Positions 1 through 11,276 are shown, numbered from the stretch's first letter. The stretch: DNA of 38,865 bases from Malacoraja senta (GCA_038087875.1 JAXLNO010000068.1:62001-100865); one strand, 5' to 3'. The notes: generated by a model not told the origin, from the letters alone. Translations and numbers: made by a program.

Positions 1-203
1 CTACATCGACGACTGCAACGGTGCTGCCTCCTGCACCCATGCAGAACTCACTGGCTTCATCCAATTCACCACTAACTTCCATCCGGCACTCAAATTCACC
101 TGGACCATTTCCAATATCTCCCCACCGTTTCTTGACCTCACTATCTCCATCGCAGGTAACCAACTACTGACCAATATCTACTACAAACCCCCTGACTGCC
201 ATC
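1..203 (+). mobile_element. Penelope-like element reverse transcriptase fragment (mirror of 7585-7787)
   Basis: Encodes YIDDC...NFHPALKFTW...PFLDLTISI...TNIYYKP, typical of the Penelope RT C-terminal region. Confidence 0.85.
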
Positions 204-330
204 TGTGATATATTGAGCTCAGACACAGATTAACAAGTTAACTCACTGGTGACCGGAACATGACTGCACAGCTGCACCGTGGTTTATTCAATCATATACA
301 ATGCTCCAACTAAAGGTGGCGCTATTATAA
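204..330 (-). repeat. Short 3' LTR of Gypsy element (left arm copy), with polypurine tract at 331-343
   Basis: Reverse complement of 7458-7584; ends ATATCACA at the junction with the Penelope RT; contains AATAAA; preceded by aaggtgggaggag. Confidence 0.6.
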
Positions 331-452
331 CTCCTCCCACCTTAATGAAAACGTTAAAGAAGGAACTGCAGATGCTGGAAAATCGAAGGTACACAAAAAT
401 GCTGGAGAAACTCAGCGGGTGCAGCAGCATCTATGGAGCGAAGGAAATAGGT

Positions 453-480
453 AACGTTTCGGGCCGAAACCCTTCTTCAG
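453..480 (-). ncRNA. Minimal type I hammerhead ribozyme motif (Penelope pLTR)
   Basis: Minus strand reads CTGAAGA-AGGGTTTCGGCCC-GAAAC-GTT: CUGANGA core, helix II hairpin, GAAA, short palindromic helix III. Confidence 0.7.
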
Positions 481-762
481 ACTGATAGGGGGTGGGGAGA
501 AGAAAGGAAAAAAGGAAAAGGAGGAGGAGGAGCCCGAGGGCTGGGGGAGGGGAGGAGACAACCAGATGGCTGATGAAGGGGAGGGGACAGCCAGGGCTAG
601 CAGAATTGGGAGAATTCTGAACGTTGAATTCTCCCAATTCTGCTAGCCCTGGCTGTCCCCTCCCCTTCATCAGCCATCTGGTTGTCTCCTCCCCTCCCCC
701 AGCCCTCGGGCTCCTCCTCCTCCTTTTCCTTTTTTCCTTTCTTCTCCCCACCCCCTATCAGT

Positions 763-790
763 CTGAAGAAGGGTTTCGGCCCGAAACGTT
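763..790 (+). ncRNA. Minimal type I hammerhead ribozyme motif (Penelope pLTR)
   Basis: ctgaagaagggtttcggcccgaaacgtt, with the same core as 453-480. Confidence 0.7.
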
Positions 791-871
791 ACCTATTTCC
801 TTCGCTCCATAGATGCTGCTGCACCCGCTGAGTTTCTCCAGCATTTTTGTGTACCTTTAATGAAAACGTTA

Positions 872-3800
872 TCGCCTTGTTGACATTTTTAAATATACAT
901 TGTTGACATTTGTGAATATAATAAAAACGGTATGAATATATTACAATCTTTTATATTAGTTATACTTTTATATAACTTGAATAAAATGAGGGGGTGAGGC
1001 ATATATGTTGCATATGCAATGATCTGTGCATTTCCCAAATTAAACTTCACAAATTAAACCTAACCGACGGATTTCTCCTTGTGTCTGGATATCGTCTCTG
1101 ACCAAAAGTTTCTGACTGTTTAGAACCTCTTGGACTCATTTTTGATCGAGTCAAGTCTTCCTTTTAACCTACATTCATAGATTCCAGTCCATCAGTCAAT
1201 TTTGTAGACAGTCAACCACACTTGAACCTCCATTTTCAGGCTGGTTCAAGCTCTCACTATCTTGTGTACCTTCATGTACCATTTCTGGTTCATCCGTTGG
1301 TACCTGTACTTGAGTGGTAACCAAATTATCTGACTCGTCTAATTGATCTGGTTGCAAACCTGTCTGTGCTTGCATAGGCATGACATGGTCAATGTGTACT
1401 TTTCTCACCTTCCCACTTCCAAACATCTTGACCAAGTATGTCCGTGGTCTACACTTTCTCACTACTCTTCCAGATAACCTATTTAGATTTGATTTGATTT
1501 CATTTATCTTCAATTGTCTTCAATTAAGAGACAACGAAATTCTCTTCCCACACAGTAATACAAAAAATATATATTTTTAAAAACACAAAAGCACCGAACA
1601 CAGTAGTCCACAACTGAAACATCCCCACAGCGGCACCAAAGTTCCCCACTGTGAGGGAAGGAACCAATGTCCAGTCAACCTCCTCGCTGATGTTCCCAAA
1701 TGTTCACCCGTGGTCGGGTGCTCCCGAGCACCCGCAGTCGCCGCCACGGGCGGCCCGATGTTCAGGCCCTCTAGCCGGGAACGATGGAACCCCGACGCCG
1801 AACGGGAGAACATCCTCAGCGGCCTGGACCTCTGAATCGGCCACCTTCCACCTTCCACCTACCACCGGAGTCCGCGGCTCCCGATGTCCACAGGCCGCGC
1901 TGGGCGGAGATTCGCGCTGGCGACCCCCGGCAAATAGTCCCAGGACTTTGCGATGTTAAAGTCAGTTCCGCCCGCGTTAGGAGCTCCGCACCCACAGCTC
2001 CGCGATACTGTAGCAGCGGCCCAACACTCCGGAGCTCCAAGCGGCGATCCCAGGTAAGGCTTCGCCCGCTCCGCGATGTGTCGAGCGCAGCGCCGCAGCT
2101 GCTGAAGCTCTGGTCGGGTCCCAGTTGGTAGGCCGCGAGCGGAGGTGGGATTGGGGGGGTGGGCGAGGTCGCGACTCGGATAATAGCCGCATCCTCGCCA
2201 GGAAGCCACTGAAGGACGGTTCCCCCCTTACCCTACCCGCTTCCCCCCACATAACGTATTGAAAAAATCCTACAAAAACGCACTCTAAATATAACAAAAT
2301 AAAAAAGACAACCAAACGGTGGAGGAGGCAGCTAGTAACAGCGCGACCGGATGTGCTAGGGCGCCACCGGATGCCCTAGGAGTACCCACTTGTGATGATG
2401 TTTTACACATTTAGCGTCTGATTCCACTCAACACTCCTATCCTTTACCTACTTCTGTCATGATATGCTTTTTCCTGTTTCTTTTCTACTGTTTGAGCCAA
2501 GTTTGGTTTCAGCAGTGAAAACCTTGTTCTTGGTTTTCTCTTCAAGAACAGTTCAGCTGGCGTTTGATCAGTAGTGGTGTGAGGTGTGTTTCGATATGTA
2601 ATCAGAAAGTTAACCAGTTTGTGGACAGAGACAACTGTTTTTTCTTTGGATTTGGATCCAGCAGTTGTTTGACTAAATTACGTTTTACAATTTCCACTGA
2701 GCGTTCTGCAACTCCATTTGAAGCGGAATGGTATGGAATGACTCTAGTCCATTTCATGAATTGTGCAAACACTTGTGAACAGAATTGAGGTCCGTTAGCG
2801 GACACAATTTCCTCTGGAAATCCATAGGACGCAAACAATCCTCGCAAAATGTCTATTGTTTTGCTGGATGTCGTTTTGTTCATCGGAAAAACCTCAACCC
2901 ACTTGGAGTGACTATCAATCATAATGAACAATTATTGTCCATCTAACTCTGCAAAGTCCACGAGTAATCTTTGCCACCCTCTAACCGGCCATTTCCATGG
3001 CTGTAGCTGTACTGTTGGTGGATTCTTTCCAACTACTTGACATGTGCTACACTCTTTCACAATTTGTATTATGTCCTTATCTACACCAGGCCACCATAGA
3101 TGGTTTCTAGCTAAACTCTTGGTTAGACACATCCCCAAATTCTGATCATGAAGATCTCCTGGCAATTCTATTCCATTTTTTCAGTGATTACAATTCTCGC
3201 ACCCCACATGACACAACCTTGGTCGACTGAGTGTTCATTCCTACGTACAAATAATATTTTCAGTTCTGTCTCTGAATCCGGCAGTTTGTTTGGCCATCCA
3301 TTTCCGACAATTTGTAGCATTCTTGACAAAAGTCTATCAGTGCGAGTAGCCTTCCGAATGTCCCCTGAAGTGACAGGTAACTCGTCTACATGAGAGAAAT
3401 AAAACAAGTCCTCTCTGTTCGCGGAAACCTCTGATTCCAAAGTTGATCTAGACATGGCATCGGCATTGCTGGGCTCTGCTGCCTTACGATACTGAATATC
3501 ATACTGGTATGCAGACAATATCAATGCCCATCTTTGCATTCTGACTGCTGCCAGAGTTGTTATGTGTACTTTTGGATTTGGGTTCACTATCAACGGCTGG
3601 TGATCTGTCTCGCTTAGAAACCCTCTACCGTACAAATATTTGTGAAACCTCCTAACGCCAAAAATGAAAGAAAGATCCTCTCGCTCTATTTGCGCATCAT
3701 TTATCACACTGACATTGGGTGTTCTAGACGCAAATGCTATTGGCCTCTCCCAACGCCGTATGGTGGAGCATAACATGATAACTTCATAGGCTTATTTATG

Positions 3801-4180
3801 AACAAGCATTGTACTCTCTGCAAACTGAGCTTTTCATGACTTGAAAGCTTGATCACATTCACGTGTCCACTTCCATGGTACATCTTTTCACAAAAGCTCG
3901 TTCAAGGGATGTAAACAGGTGAACAGATTTGGCACCAACTTCCCATAATAATGCACTAATCCTAAAAAGGATCGGATCTCAGATATGTTTCTGGGAGTGG
4001 GCGCTTTCTTGATCGCATCAACTTTACCCTTGGCGGGGTGTAGATGATTCTTGTCTATCTTATGACCCAAGTACTCTGCCGAGTTCTGAAAGAACTCACA
4101 CTTCTGTGCCTTCACTCTTACACTGTGTGTTTCAAGTCGTTTCAGTACATCTTCCAACCTTTCATCATGTGTCTGCCTGT
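872..4180 (-). mobile_element. pol: Degraded Ty3/Gypsy LTR retrotransposon pol (RT end, RNase H, integrase) and 3' region, left arm
   Basis: YLGH...RSFLGLVHYYGK (RT); ERPIAFASR...TDHQPL...RMQRWALILSAYQYDIQY (RNase H); ARNHLWWP..CSTC (integrase Zn region); DSHSKWVEVFPM..NGPQF..SNGVAER (integrase core); many stops and frameshifts. Confidence 0.92.
1481..2373 (-). mobile_element. GC-rich non-autonomous retroelement (SINE-like) inserted into the Gypsy integrase tail, left arm
   Basis: Interrupts the HHKWVL|GRVVRK integrase tail; (aaatc)n tail; shares the cacagtg..cactgtg-type hairpin and 3' motifs with 14903-15695, 21283-22261 and 27955-28305. Confidence 0.65.
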
Positions 4181-4185
4181 CAGGG

Positions 4186-4262
4186 CAGGGCTCGAAATTA
4201 GCGGTTGCCCGGGTGCCACTGCCCACTCAAAGCGCCGCCGGGCAACCTAAACACCGAGTCCT
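4186..4262 (+). mobile_element. Probable DNA transposon (hAT-like) terminal fragment
   Basis: Starts CAGGGCTCGAAATT, resembling hAT-type termini; internal inverted repeat ggttgcccgg/ccgggcaacc; no partner TIR seen. Confidence 0.35.
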
Positions 4263-4319
4263 TTTGCCCGGCTTGGAAACCAGATACTGGTTTGTACCGA
4301 AGATGGACACAAAAGACTG

Positions 4320-4683
4320 GAGTTGTGGCTTTGTCCTACGGGTTTGCGTTCATTGGCGGTGAAGCGCGGCTTCGCCGGAAGAGGGGACCGCACGGCAACC
4401 ACGAGAGCGCCGCTCGGATCTCCGTACTGCCGGTTCCACGAGCTTGCGGCGTCGGGTAATGACGTCATCGTGCAACGCGACGCCCTACGCGATGACGTCT
4501 TTCGGATCGCGGGGCTGTGGCGGCGGCCGTGCCGCACTCGTGCCTCACTGGCGGTGGCTGTGGCGGCGAAAGATCGACTCACGGCGCTCGTGCCGCACGG
4601 GCGGTGGCTGTGTGGTGCCCTCTTCCGGCGAAGCCGCGCTTCACCGCCAATGACCGCAAACCCGTGGGACAAAGCCATAACTC
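4320..4683. repeat. CpG-rich MITE-like fold-back element with ~80-bp terminal inverted repeats at the palindrome centre
   Basis: 4320-4400 vs 4603-4683 are reverse complements with about 7 mismatches; inner IR gacgtcatcg (4461-4470) / cgatgacgtc (4490-4499). Confidence 0.7.
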
Positions 4684-4697
4684 ACGAGCGCCGTGAG

Positions 4698-7457
4698 TCG
4701 GCAGAGTACTTGGGTCATAAGATAGACAAGAATCATCTATACCCCACCAAGGGTAAAGTTGATGCGATCAAGAACGCAGCAGCCAGAATGCAAAGATGGG
4801 CATTGATATTGTCTGCATACCAGTATGATTTCAGTATCGTAAGGCAGCAGAGCCCAGCAATGCCGATGCCATGTCTACATTAACTTTGGAATCAGAGGTT
4901 TCCCCAAACAGAGAGGACTTGTTTTATTTCTCTCATGTAGACGTGTTACCTGTCACATCAGGGAACATTCGGAAGGCAACTCGCACGGATAGACTTTTGT
5001 CAATGGTGCTGCCAATTGTCGCAAATGGATGGCCAAACAAATTGCAGGATTCAGAGGGGGAACTGAAAATATTATTTGTACGTAGGAATGAACTCTCAGT
5101 CGACCAAGGTTGTGCCATGTGGGGTGCGAGAATTGTAATCCCTGCAAAAAATGGAATAGAATTGCCAGGAGATCTTCATGATCAGAATTTGGGGATGTGT
5201 CTAAGAAAGAGTTTAGCTAGAAACCATCTATGGTGGCTGGTGTAGATAAGGACATAAAACAAACTGTGAAAGAGTGTAGCACGTGTCAAGTAGTTGGAAA
5301 GAATCCACCCACAGTACCGCTACAGCCATGGAAATGGCCGGTTAGAGGGTGGCAAAGATTACTCGTGGACTTTGCAGAGTTAGATGGACAATAATTGTTC
5401 ATTATGATTGATAGTCACTCCAAGTGGGTTGAGGTTTTTTCCGATGAACAAAACGACATCCAGCCAAACAATAGACATTTTGCGAGGATTGTTTTCGTCC
5501 TATGGATTTTCAGAGGAAATTGTGTTTGATAACGGACCTCAATTCTGTTCACAAGAGTTTGCACAATTCATGAAATGGACTAGAGTCATTCCATACCATT
5601 CCGCTTCAAATGGAGTTGCAGAACGCTCAGTGGAAATTGTAAAACGTAATTTAGTCAAACAACTGCTGGATCCAAATCCAAAGAAAAAACAGTTGTCTCT
5701 GTCTCACAAACTGGCTAACTTTCTGATTACATATCGAAACACACCTCACACCACTACTGATCAAACGCCAGCTGAACTGTTCTTGAAGAGAAAACCAAGA
5801 ACAAGGTTTTCACTGCTGAAACCAAACTTGGCTCAAACAGTAGAAAAGAAACAGGAAAAAAAGCATATCATGACAGAAGTACATAAAGGATAGGAGTGTT
5901 GAGTGGAATCAGACGCTAAATGTGTAAAACATCATCACAAGTGGGTACTCCTAGGACATCCGGTGGCGCCCTAGCACATCCGGTCGCGTTGTTACTAGCT
6001 GTTACTTGTCTTTTTTATTTTGTGATGTTTAGATTGTGTTTTTTTGTTTATTTCAGTACTTTATGTGGGGGAAGCGGGTGGGGTAAGGGGGGAATCGTCC
6101 TTCAGTCTCTTCCTGGCGAGGATGCGGCTATTATCCGAGTCGCGACCTCGCCCCCCCCACCCCACCTCCTCTCGAGGCATACCAACTGGGACCGGACCAG
6201 AGCTTCAGCAGCTGCGGCGCTGCGCTCGATACATCGCGGAGCGGGCGAAGCCTTACCTGAGATCGCCGCTTGGAGCTCCGGAGTGTTGGGCCGTTGCTCC
6301 AGCATCGCGGAGCTGTGGGTGCGGAGCTCCTAATGCGGGCGGAGCTGCCTTTAACATCGCAAAGTCCTGGGACTCTTTGCCGGGTGTCGCCAGCGCGAAT
6401 CTCCGCCCAGCGCGGCCTGTGGACGTCGGGAGCGGCGGACTCCGGTGGAAGGTGGAAGGTGGCCGATTCAGAGGTCCAGGCCACTGAGGATGTTCTCCCG
6501 TTCGACGTCGGGGTTCCATCGTTCCCGGCGAGAGGGCCTGATCATCGGGCCGCCATTGGAGGCGACTGCGGGGTGCTCGGGAGGCCCCGACCACGGGTGA
6601 ACATTGGGGAACATCAGCGAGGAGGTTGACTGGACACTGGTTCCTTCCCTCACAGTGGGGAACTTTGGTGTCGCTGTGGGGATGTTTGAGTTGTGGACTA
6701 CTGTGTTCGGTGCTTTTGTGTTTTATTAAAATTTTATTTTTTGTATTACTGTGTGGGAAGAGAATTTCGTTGTCTCTTAATTGAAGACAATTGAAGATAA
6801 ATTAAATCAAATCAAATCTAAATAGGTTACCTGGAAGAGTAGTGAGAAAGTGCAGACCACGGACATACTTGGTCAAGATGTTTGGAAGTGGGAAGGTGAG
6901 AAAAGTACACATTGACCATGTCATGCCTATGCAAGCACAGACAGGTTTGCAACCAGATCAATTAGACGAGTCAGATAATTTGGTTACCACTCAAGTACAG
7001 GTACCAACGGATGAACCAGAAATGGTACATGAAGGTACACAAGATAGTGAGAGCTTGAACCAGCCTGAAAATGGAGGTTCAAGTGTGGTTGACAGTCTAC
7101 AAAATTGACTGATGGACTGGAATCTATGAATGTAGGTTAAAAGGAAGACTTGACTCGATCAAAAATGAGTCCAAGAGGTTCTAAACAGTCAGAAACTTTT
7201 GGTCAGAGACGATATCCAGACACAAGGATAAATCCGTCGGTTAGGTTTAATTTGTGAAGTTTAATTTGGGAAATGCACAGATCATTGCATATGCAACATA
7301 TATGCCCCACCCCCTCATTTTATTCAGGTTATATAAAAGTAAACTAATATAAAAGATTGTAATATATTCATACCGTTTTTATTATATTCACAAATGTCAA
7401 CAATGTATATTTAAAAATGTCAACAATGCGATAACGTTTTCATTAAGGTGGGAGGAG
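4698..7457 (+). mobile_element. pol: Degraded Ty3/Gypsy pol and 3' region, right arm (most of RNase H deleted)
   Basis: Mirror of the left arm; integrase ORF 5408-5893 (DNGPQF, SNGVAER, YRNTPH, TPAELFL); jumps from RT (AIK) to RMQRW at ~4775. Confidence 0.92.
5957..6821 (+). mobile_element. GC-rich non-autonomous retroelement (SINE-like), right arm copy
   Basis: Reverse complement of 1481-2373, with (aaatc)n tail. Confidence 0.65.
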
Positions 7458-7584
7458 TTATAATAGCGCCACCTTTAGTTGGAGCATTGTATATGATTGA
7501 ATAAACCACGGTGCAGCTGTGCAGTCATGTTCCGGTCACCAGTGAGTTAACTTGTTAATCTGTGTCTGAGCTCAATATATCACA
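7458..7584 (+). repeat. Short 3' LTR of Gypsy element, following polypurine tract 7445-7457
   Basis: PPT aaggtgggaggag, AATAAA near 7500, terminal ATATCACA abutting the Penelope RT. Confidence 0.6.
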
Positions 7585-8192
7585 GATGGCAGTCAGGGGG
7601 TTTGTAGTAGATATTGGTCAGTAGTTGGTTACCTGCGATGGAGATAGTGAGGTCAAGAAACGGTGGGGAGATATTGGAAATGGTCCAGGTGAATTTGAGT
7701 GCCGGATGGAAGTTAGTGGTGAATTGGATGAAGCCAGTGAGTTCTGCATGGGTGCAGGAGGCAGCATCGTTGCAGTCGTCGATGTAGCGGAGGTAGAGTT
7801 CGGGAATAGGGCCACGGTATCGCCTCGAACAATGATATGGGCCCAGGCGCGAGCCAATAGCTACGCCTTGGATTTGGAGGAAATGGGAGGAGTCAAAGGA
7901 AAAGTTGTTGAGGGTAAGGACCTGCTCCGCTAGGCGGAGGATTATTAGTAGACATGGACTGGTTGGTTCTGTGGACGAGGTAGAAACGGAGGGCTTTAAG
8001 ACCCTCCTGGTCGGGGATGGAGGTGTAGAGTGATTGGACATCCAATGTGAAGATGAGGGAATGGGAGCCTGGAAAACGGAAGCCATGAATGGGATGAAGA
8101 GCGTGTGAGGTGCCTGGGACATAGGTAGGGAGGGATTTGACCAGGGGGATAGGATGGAGTCGATGTATATGGAAATAAGTTTGGTGGTACAA
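7585..8192 (-). mobile_element. Degraded Penelope-like reverse transcriptase fragment
   Basis: FTLDVQSLYTSIP, VLTLNNFSF, QGVAIGSRLGP, YLRYIDDC, NFHPALKFTW motifs across frameshifted ORFs. Confidence 0.88.
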
Positions 8193-8199
8193 GGATCGA

Positions 8200-9200
8200 G
8201 GTATGTGGGACTTAACGATAAATTAGTTCGTTCGAAGGCATAATACTCTGCTGATCAAGTGCTAGTAAATAGGATTTAGTAGTTGGATACTTTTGAGAAA
8301 GTCCGTTGTTGGGCCTGCTTCTCTGCTCTGTGACTCTGTGACACACGACCCAGTCTTGCACAATTCTCCACATGTGGTATCACCGTCACTAGTTATGGCA
8401 GGGGTTCGCTACTTTTCCCTTGAATGGGTCGAGTTATAATGAGAGGTGCGGACATTATTACTTCGATGAGGGATGATCTTATGATTATGTATAAAATCAC
8501 GAGGAAAATAGATAAGGTAAATGCACTTTTACCCAGGTGGAGGAATCAAAAACCATCTTAGATATCGATATCGTCTGTTTCACATGGACAATCTTAGTCG
8601 CCATCATTCTACGAACATTCCCGCTCTGATCATAAATATCACTTTTCTCAGATGATTAGCATTGGTAAGGTTAGGCAAATGTTTACTAGTGTGATATGTA
8701 CCGAGGAATAGTGAAACGCTTTTTTTGCTTCCGATCCACTCAGATCGGCTAGACCGTGCAAAGGTACCAACTGTTCAAACTCAGAGATAGACAGATATGC
8801 TGGAGAAACTCAGCGGGTGCAGCAGCATCTATGGAGCGAAGGAAATAGGCAACGACCCTTCTTCAAACACCGATACATCAGATAGACCAAGGGGAATGTA
8901 CAGAATACTAAATATTGTTCGTGATGTGATGATCAATATTGTCTTTCATTTCTACGAATCCCAGAATTGTCCTTGTGTTTGTAAGGATGAACATCATTTG
9001 CTCAGCCCACATTGCATAATTCAGACCGCCGTTGAACTGGTCATGTGCAGTTGGTGAATTCGAGCTGTAAAAACGCAAAGTCAGTACAATGTGCAAAACG
9101 TATCATTTGACTGTGCCGAGGTCCACAGCTGGAACGATGTATAATGCAGTGCTGTTGTGAGCCATCCCGCTGGGTTCGTGGTGTTGTGAACAATTAAGAT
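8200..9200 (-). pseudogene. Repeat unit I of candidate paramyxovirus M-like endogenous element (D 9200-8915, part of C 8655-8565, B 8435-8345, A stub 8250-8200)
   Basis: Homologous to units II-IV. D reads SNSPTAHDQFNGGLNYAMWAEQMMFILTNTRTILGFVEMKDNI; C reads YDQSGNVRRMMATKIVHV; B reads RPIQGKSSEPLP*LVTVIPHVEN. The repeat is certain; the viral identity is inferred. Confidence 0.45.
8797..8865 (-). mobile_element. Short Penelope pseudo-LTR remnant with hammerhead core deleted
   Basis: Matches 399-479 but lacks tttcgggccgaa. Confidence 0.7.
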
Positions 9201-9624
9201 GGGAAGGGCATTAGGTTTTAGCCACGTTTATTATTCTCACATGTATCAAGGTACATTCTAAAACTTAGTTGTGCCTGCTGTCCAAAGTGATCAGATATAA
9301 CATATACAAATTCAATCTGTTCAAACACGAGGACACAGAGTGGTGAGTCTTTGTATAAACACAGAGGGTGGTAACTGTGTGGTTAGTGGGTATATAGAAC
9401 GAGCTGCCAAAGGAGATAGTTGGGGTGAAAACTATCACAAAATGTAAAGACATTTGGACAGGTAGGTGAATAGGAAAGGTTGAAAATAATCAGTGCCATA
9501 GCCGGTGTGACTAGTGTTTATGGGGCACATTGGCCGGTTAGGGCCTGGTAACGGAGGGTAACAGGTTATTCGTATGTCCCGTGGTGCGCAGTTTCAGAAC
9601 TGACCTCGGACTCAATCATTTCCT

Positions 9625-10240
9625 ACATCATTACATTATTCGTCATTGCCCTATTGTCCAAAACACATGTTCGCCCAGCCATATTTGTACTTGATAAATG
9701 AGCATCACTATTTCTGGGTAGGAGGTACAGTGTATTCAGATATGTTTGACAGGATAAATTCCATCTTATCTCAGTCACCCAATTCGTATTCTGAAACATT
9801 TATCCTTACTAAATTATCCAGCAACCCTTTGTGTATTTCGGTGAATATCCACCCTGTCAAGGCCTCTCAGAAGCGGACATTTATTGTGTCAATAAAATTA
9901 CTTGTCGTTGTTCCAAATTGCACAGAGTAGACGATCTGAAAAACTGTAGGTCCTTTGGCGGCCATTTTTTCAGAGGGATAAATCTCGACTTCAGTCTCTG
10001 CACCGAGCTGAGGACGCGTATCGTGTTCCTTGAAAGATATAACGTCAATGCAGAACAATCTGTGTCCAAGGGTAAAGGGGTAACTACAGAGAGAGTGGGC
10101 TCTCATGGATCAAAGTTAGTACAATGGGCAAAACGTATCATTTGACTGTGCCGAGGTCCACAGCTGGAACGATGTATGATGCGTTGCTTCTGTGAACCAT
10201 GGGACATCCCGCTGGGTTCGTGGTGTTGGGATCAATTAAG
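9625..10240 (-). pseudogene. Partial repeat unit: module A (10062-9625) and upstream part of D (10240-10125)
   Basis: RLFCIDVISFKEHDTRPQLGAETEVEIYPSEKMAAKGPTVFQIVYSVQFGTTTSNFIDTINVRF*EALTGW; D-upstream reads RDVPWFTEATHHTSFQLWTSAQ. Confidence 0.45.
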
Positions 10241-10707
10241 ATGCGAAGGGCATTAGGTTTTAGCCACGTTTATTGTTATCACATGTATCAAGGTACAGTC
10301 TAAAACTTGGTTGTGCATGCTGTCCAAACTGATCAGATATAACATATACAGATTCAATTAGTTCAAACACGAGAACACAGAGTGGTGAGTCTTTGTATAA
10401 ACACAGAGGGTGGTCAGTATGTGGATTCGCACAGAGGTTGGTGGGTTTATAGAACGAGCTGCTAGAGCAGATACTTGAGGCGAAAACTATCACAAAATAT
10501 AAAGACATTTGGACGTAAATGTATGGGAAAGGTTGAAAATGATCAGGGCCAAACATAGCAGGTGAGACTAGTGGAGATGGGGCACATTTGTCGGTTAGGG
10601 CAAGCTGGGCCGATGGTCTATGAATATGTAAATAGATGAAGCAAAGTGGACGATACAGAGTGCGGAACACAGTTTTCACCATTGTATCGCATCGTTGTTC
10701 CTCAGTT

Positions 10708-11072
10708 TGTGAGACAACGCCCAATGCCACAATGGGTTAGAGGCTGTTGTGAGACAACGTCCAACGGCACAATGGATTAGAGGCTGTTGTGAGACAACGC
10801 CCAATGCCACAATGGGTTAGAGGCTGTTGTGGGACAACGCCCAATGCCACAATGGGTTAGAGGCTTCTGTGAGACAACGCCCAATGCCACAATGGGTTAG
10901 AGGCTGTTGTGAGACAACGCCCAATGCCACAATGGGTTAGAGGCTGTTGTGAGACAATGCCCAATGCCACAATGGCTTAGAGGCTGCTGTGAGACAAAGC
11001 CCAATGCCACAATGGGTTAGAGGCTGTTGTGAGACAACGCCCAATGGCACAATCGGTTAGAGGCTGTTGTGA
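10708..11072 (+). repeat. 40-bp minisatellite, 9 copies
   Basis: Unit tgtgagacaacgcccaatgccacaatgggttagaggctgt starts at 10708, 10748 ... 11028. Confidence 0.95.
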
Positions 11073-11276
11073 AACCAGCAACGTGGCCGTCGGAAACCAG
11101 CACCACTGCGTCACTAATGTTTTCTTGGATGATGAATGAATGAAGTTAGAGGCAAATTGACCAGAACCACAACTCTGGAGGGACTGTTCAGAGGCCTGGT
11201 AACGGAGGGTGACAAGCTATTCGTATGTCCCGTGGTGCGCAGTTTCAGAACTGACCTCGGACTCAATCATTTCATA

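Larger units (their letters stand above)
357..856. mobile_element. Penelope-type pseudo-LTR insertion in fold-back configuration (inverted arms 386-617 and 626-857)
   Basis: Two apparently identical ~232-bp inverted arms with an 8-bp spacer; near-identical to the Penelope 3' region at 29564-29806; flanked by 15-bp direct repeat ttaatgaaaacgtta (342-356, 857-871); empty site at 7432-7446. Confidence 0.9.
1..7787. repeat. Large imperfect palindrome (inverted duplication): arms 1-4082 and 4698-7787, spacer 4083-4697
   Basis: Position 1 (ctacatcgacgactgcaac) is the reverse complement of sequence ending at 7787. The same ORF fragments occur on opposite strands (e.g. 1196-1513 minus vs 6842-7108 plus). 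The arms differ by scattered substitutions, a left-only 500-bp insertion and a right-only ~454-bp deletion. Confidence 0.97.

Noticed and set aside
1577..6653. Many overlapping GC-rich ORFs (also 15155-15594 and 21382-22183)
   Set aside because: They are open in several frames on both strands within GC-rich repeats, have no recognisable domains and are not conserved between family copies
204..7584. A single element bounded by inverted LTRs
   Set aside because: The symmetry extends through the whole interior and into the flanking Penelope sequence, so it is a duplication rather than element architecture
1..7787. Palindrome as a chimeric-read assembly artefact
   Set aside because: The arms differ by many substitutions and by a TSD-flanked insertion; a haplotype mis-join remains formally possible
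9800..10010. Module A resembles the DnaJ C-terminal motif (F.R..S..I.T..I...EAL.G)
   Set aside because: Only a ~22-aa patch; it lacks the preceding KPHP segment, the following LDG and any J-domain
9831..10145. Plus-strand ORFs over module A (KLHRVDDL...RGINL)
   Set aside because: Antisense shadow of the minus-strand frame; several variable sites are synonymous only on the minus strand
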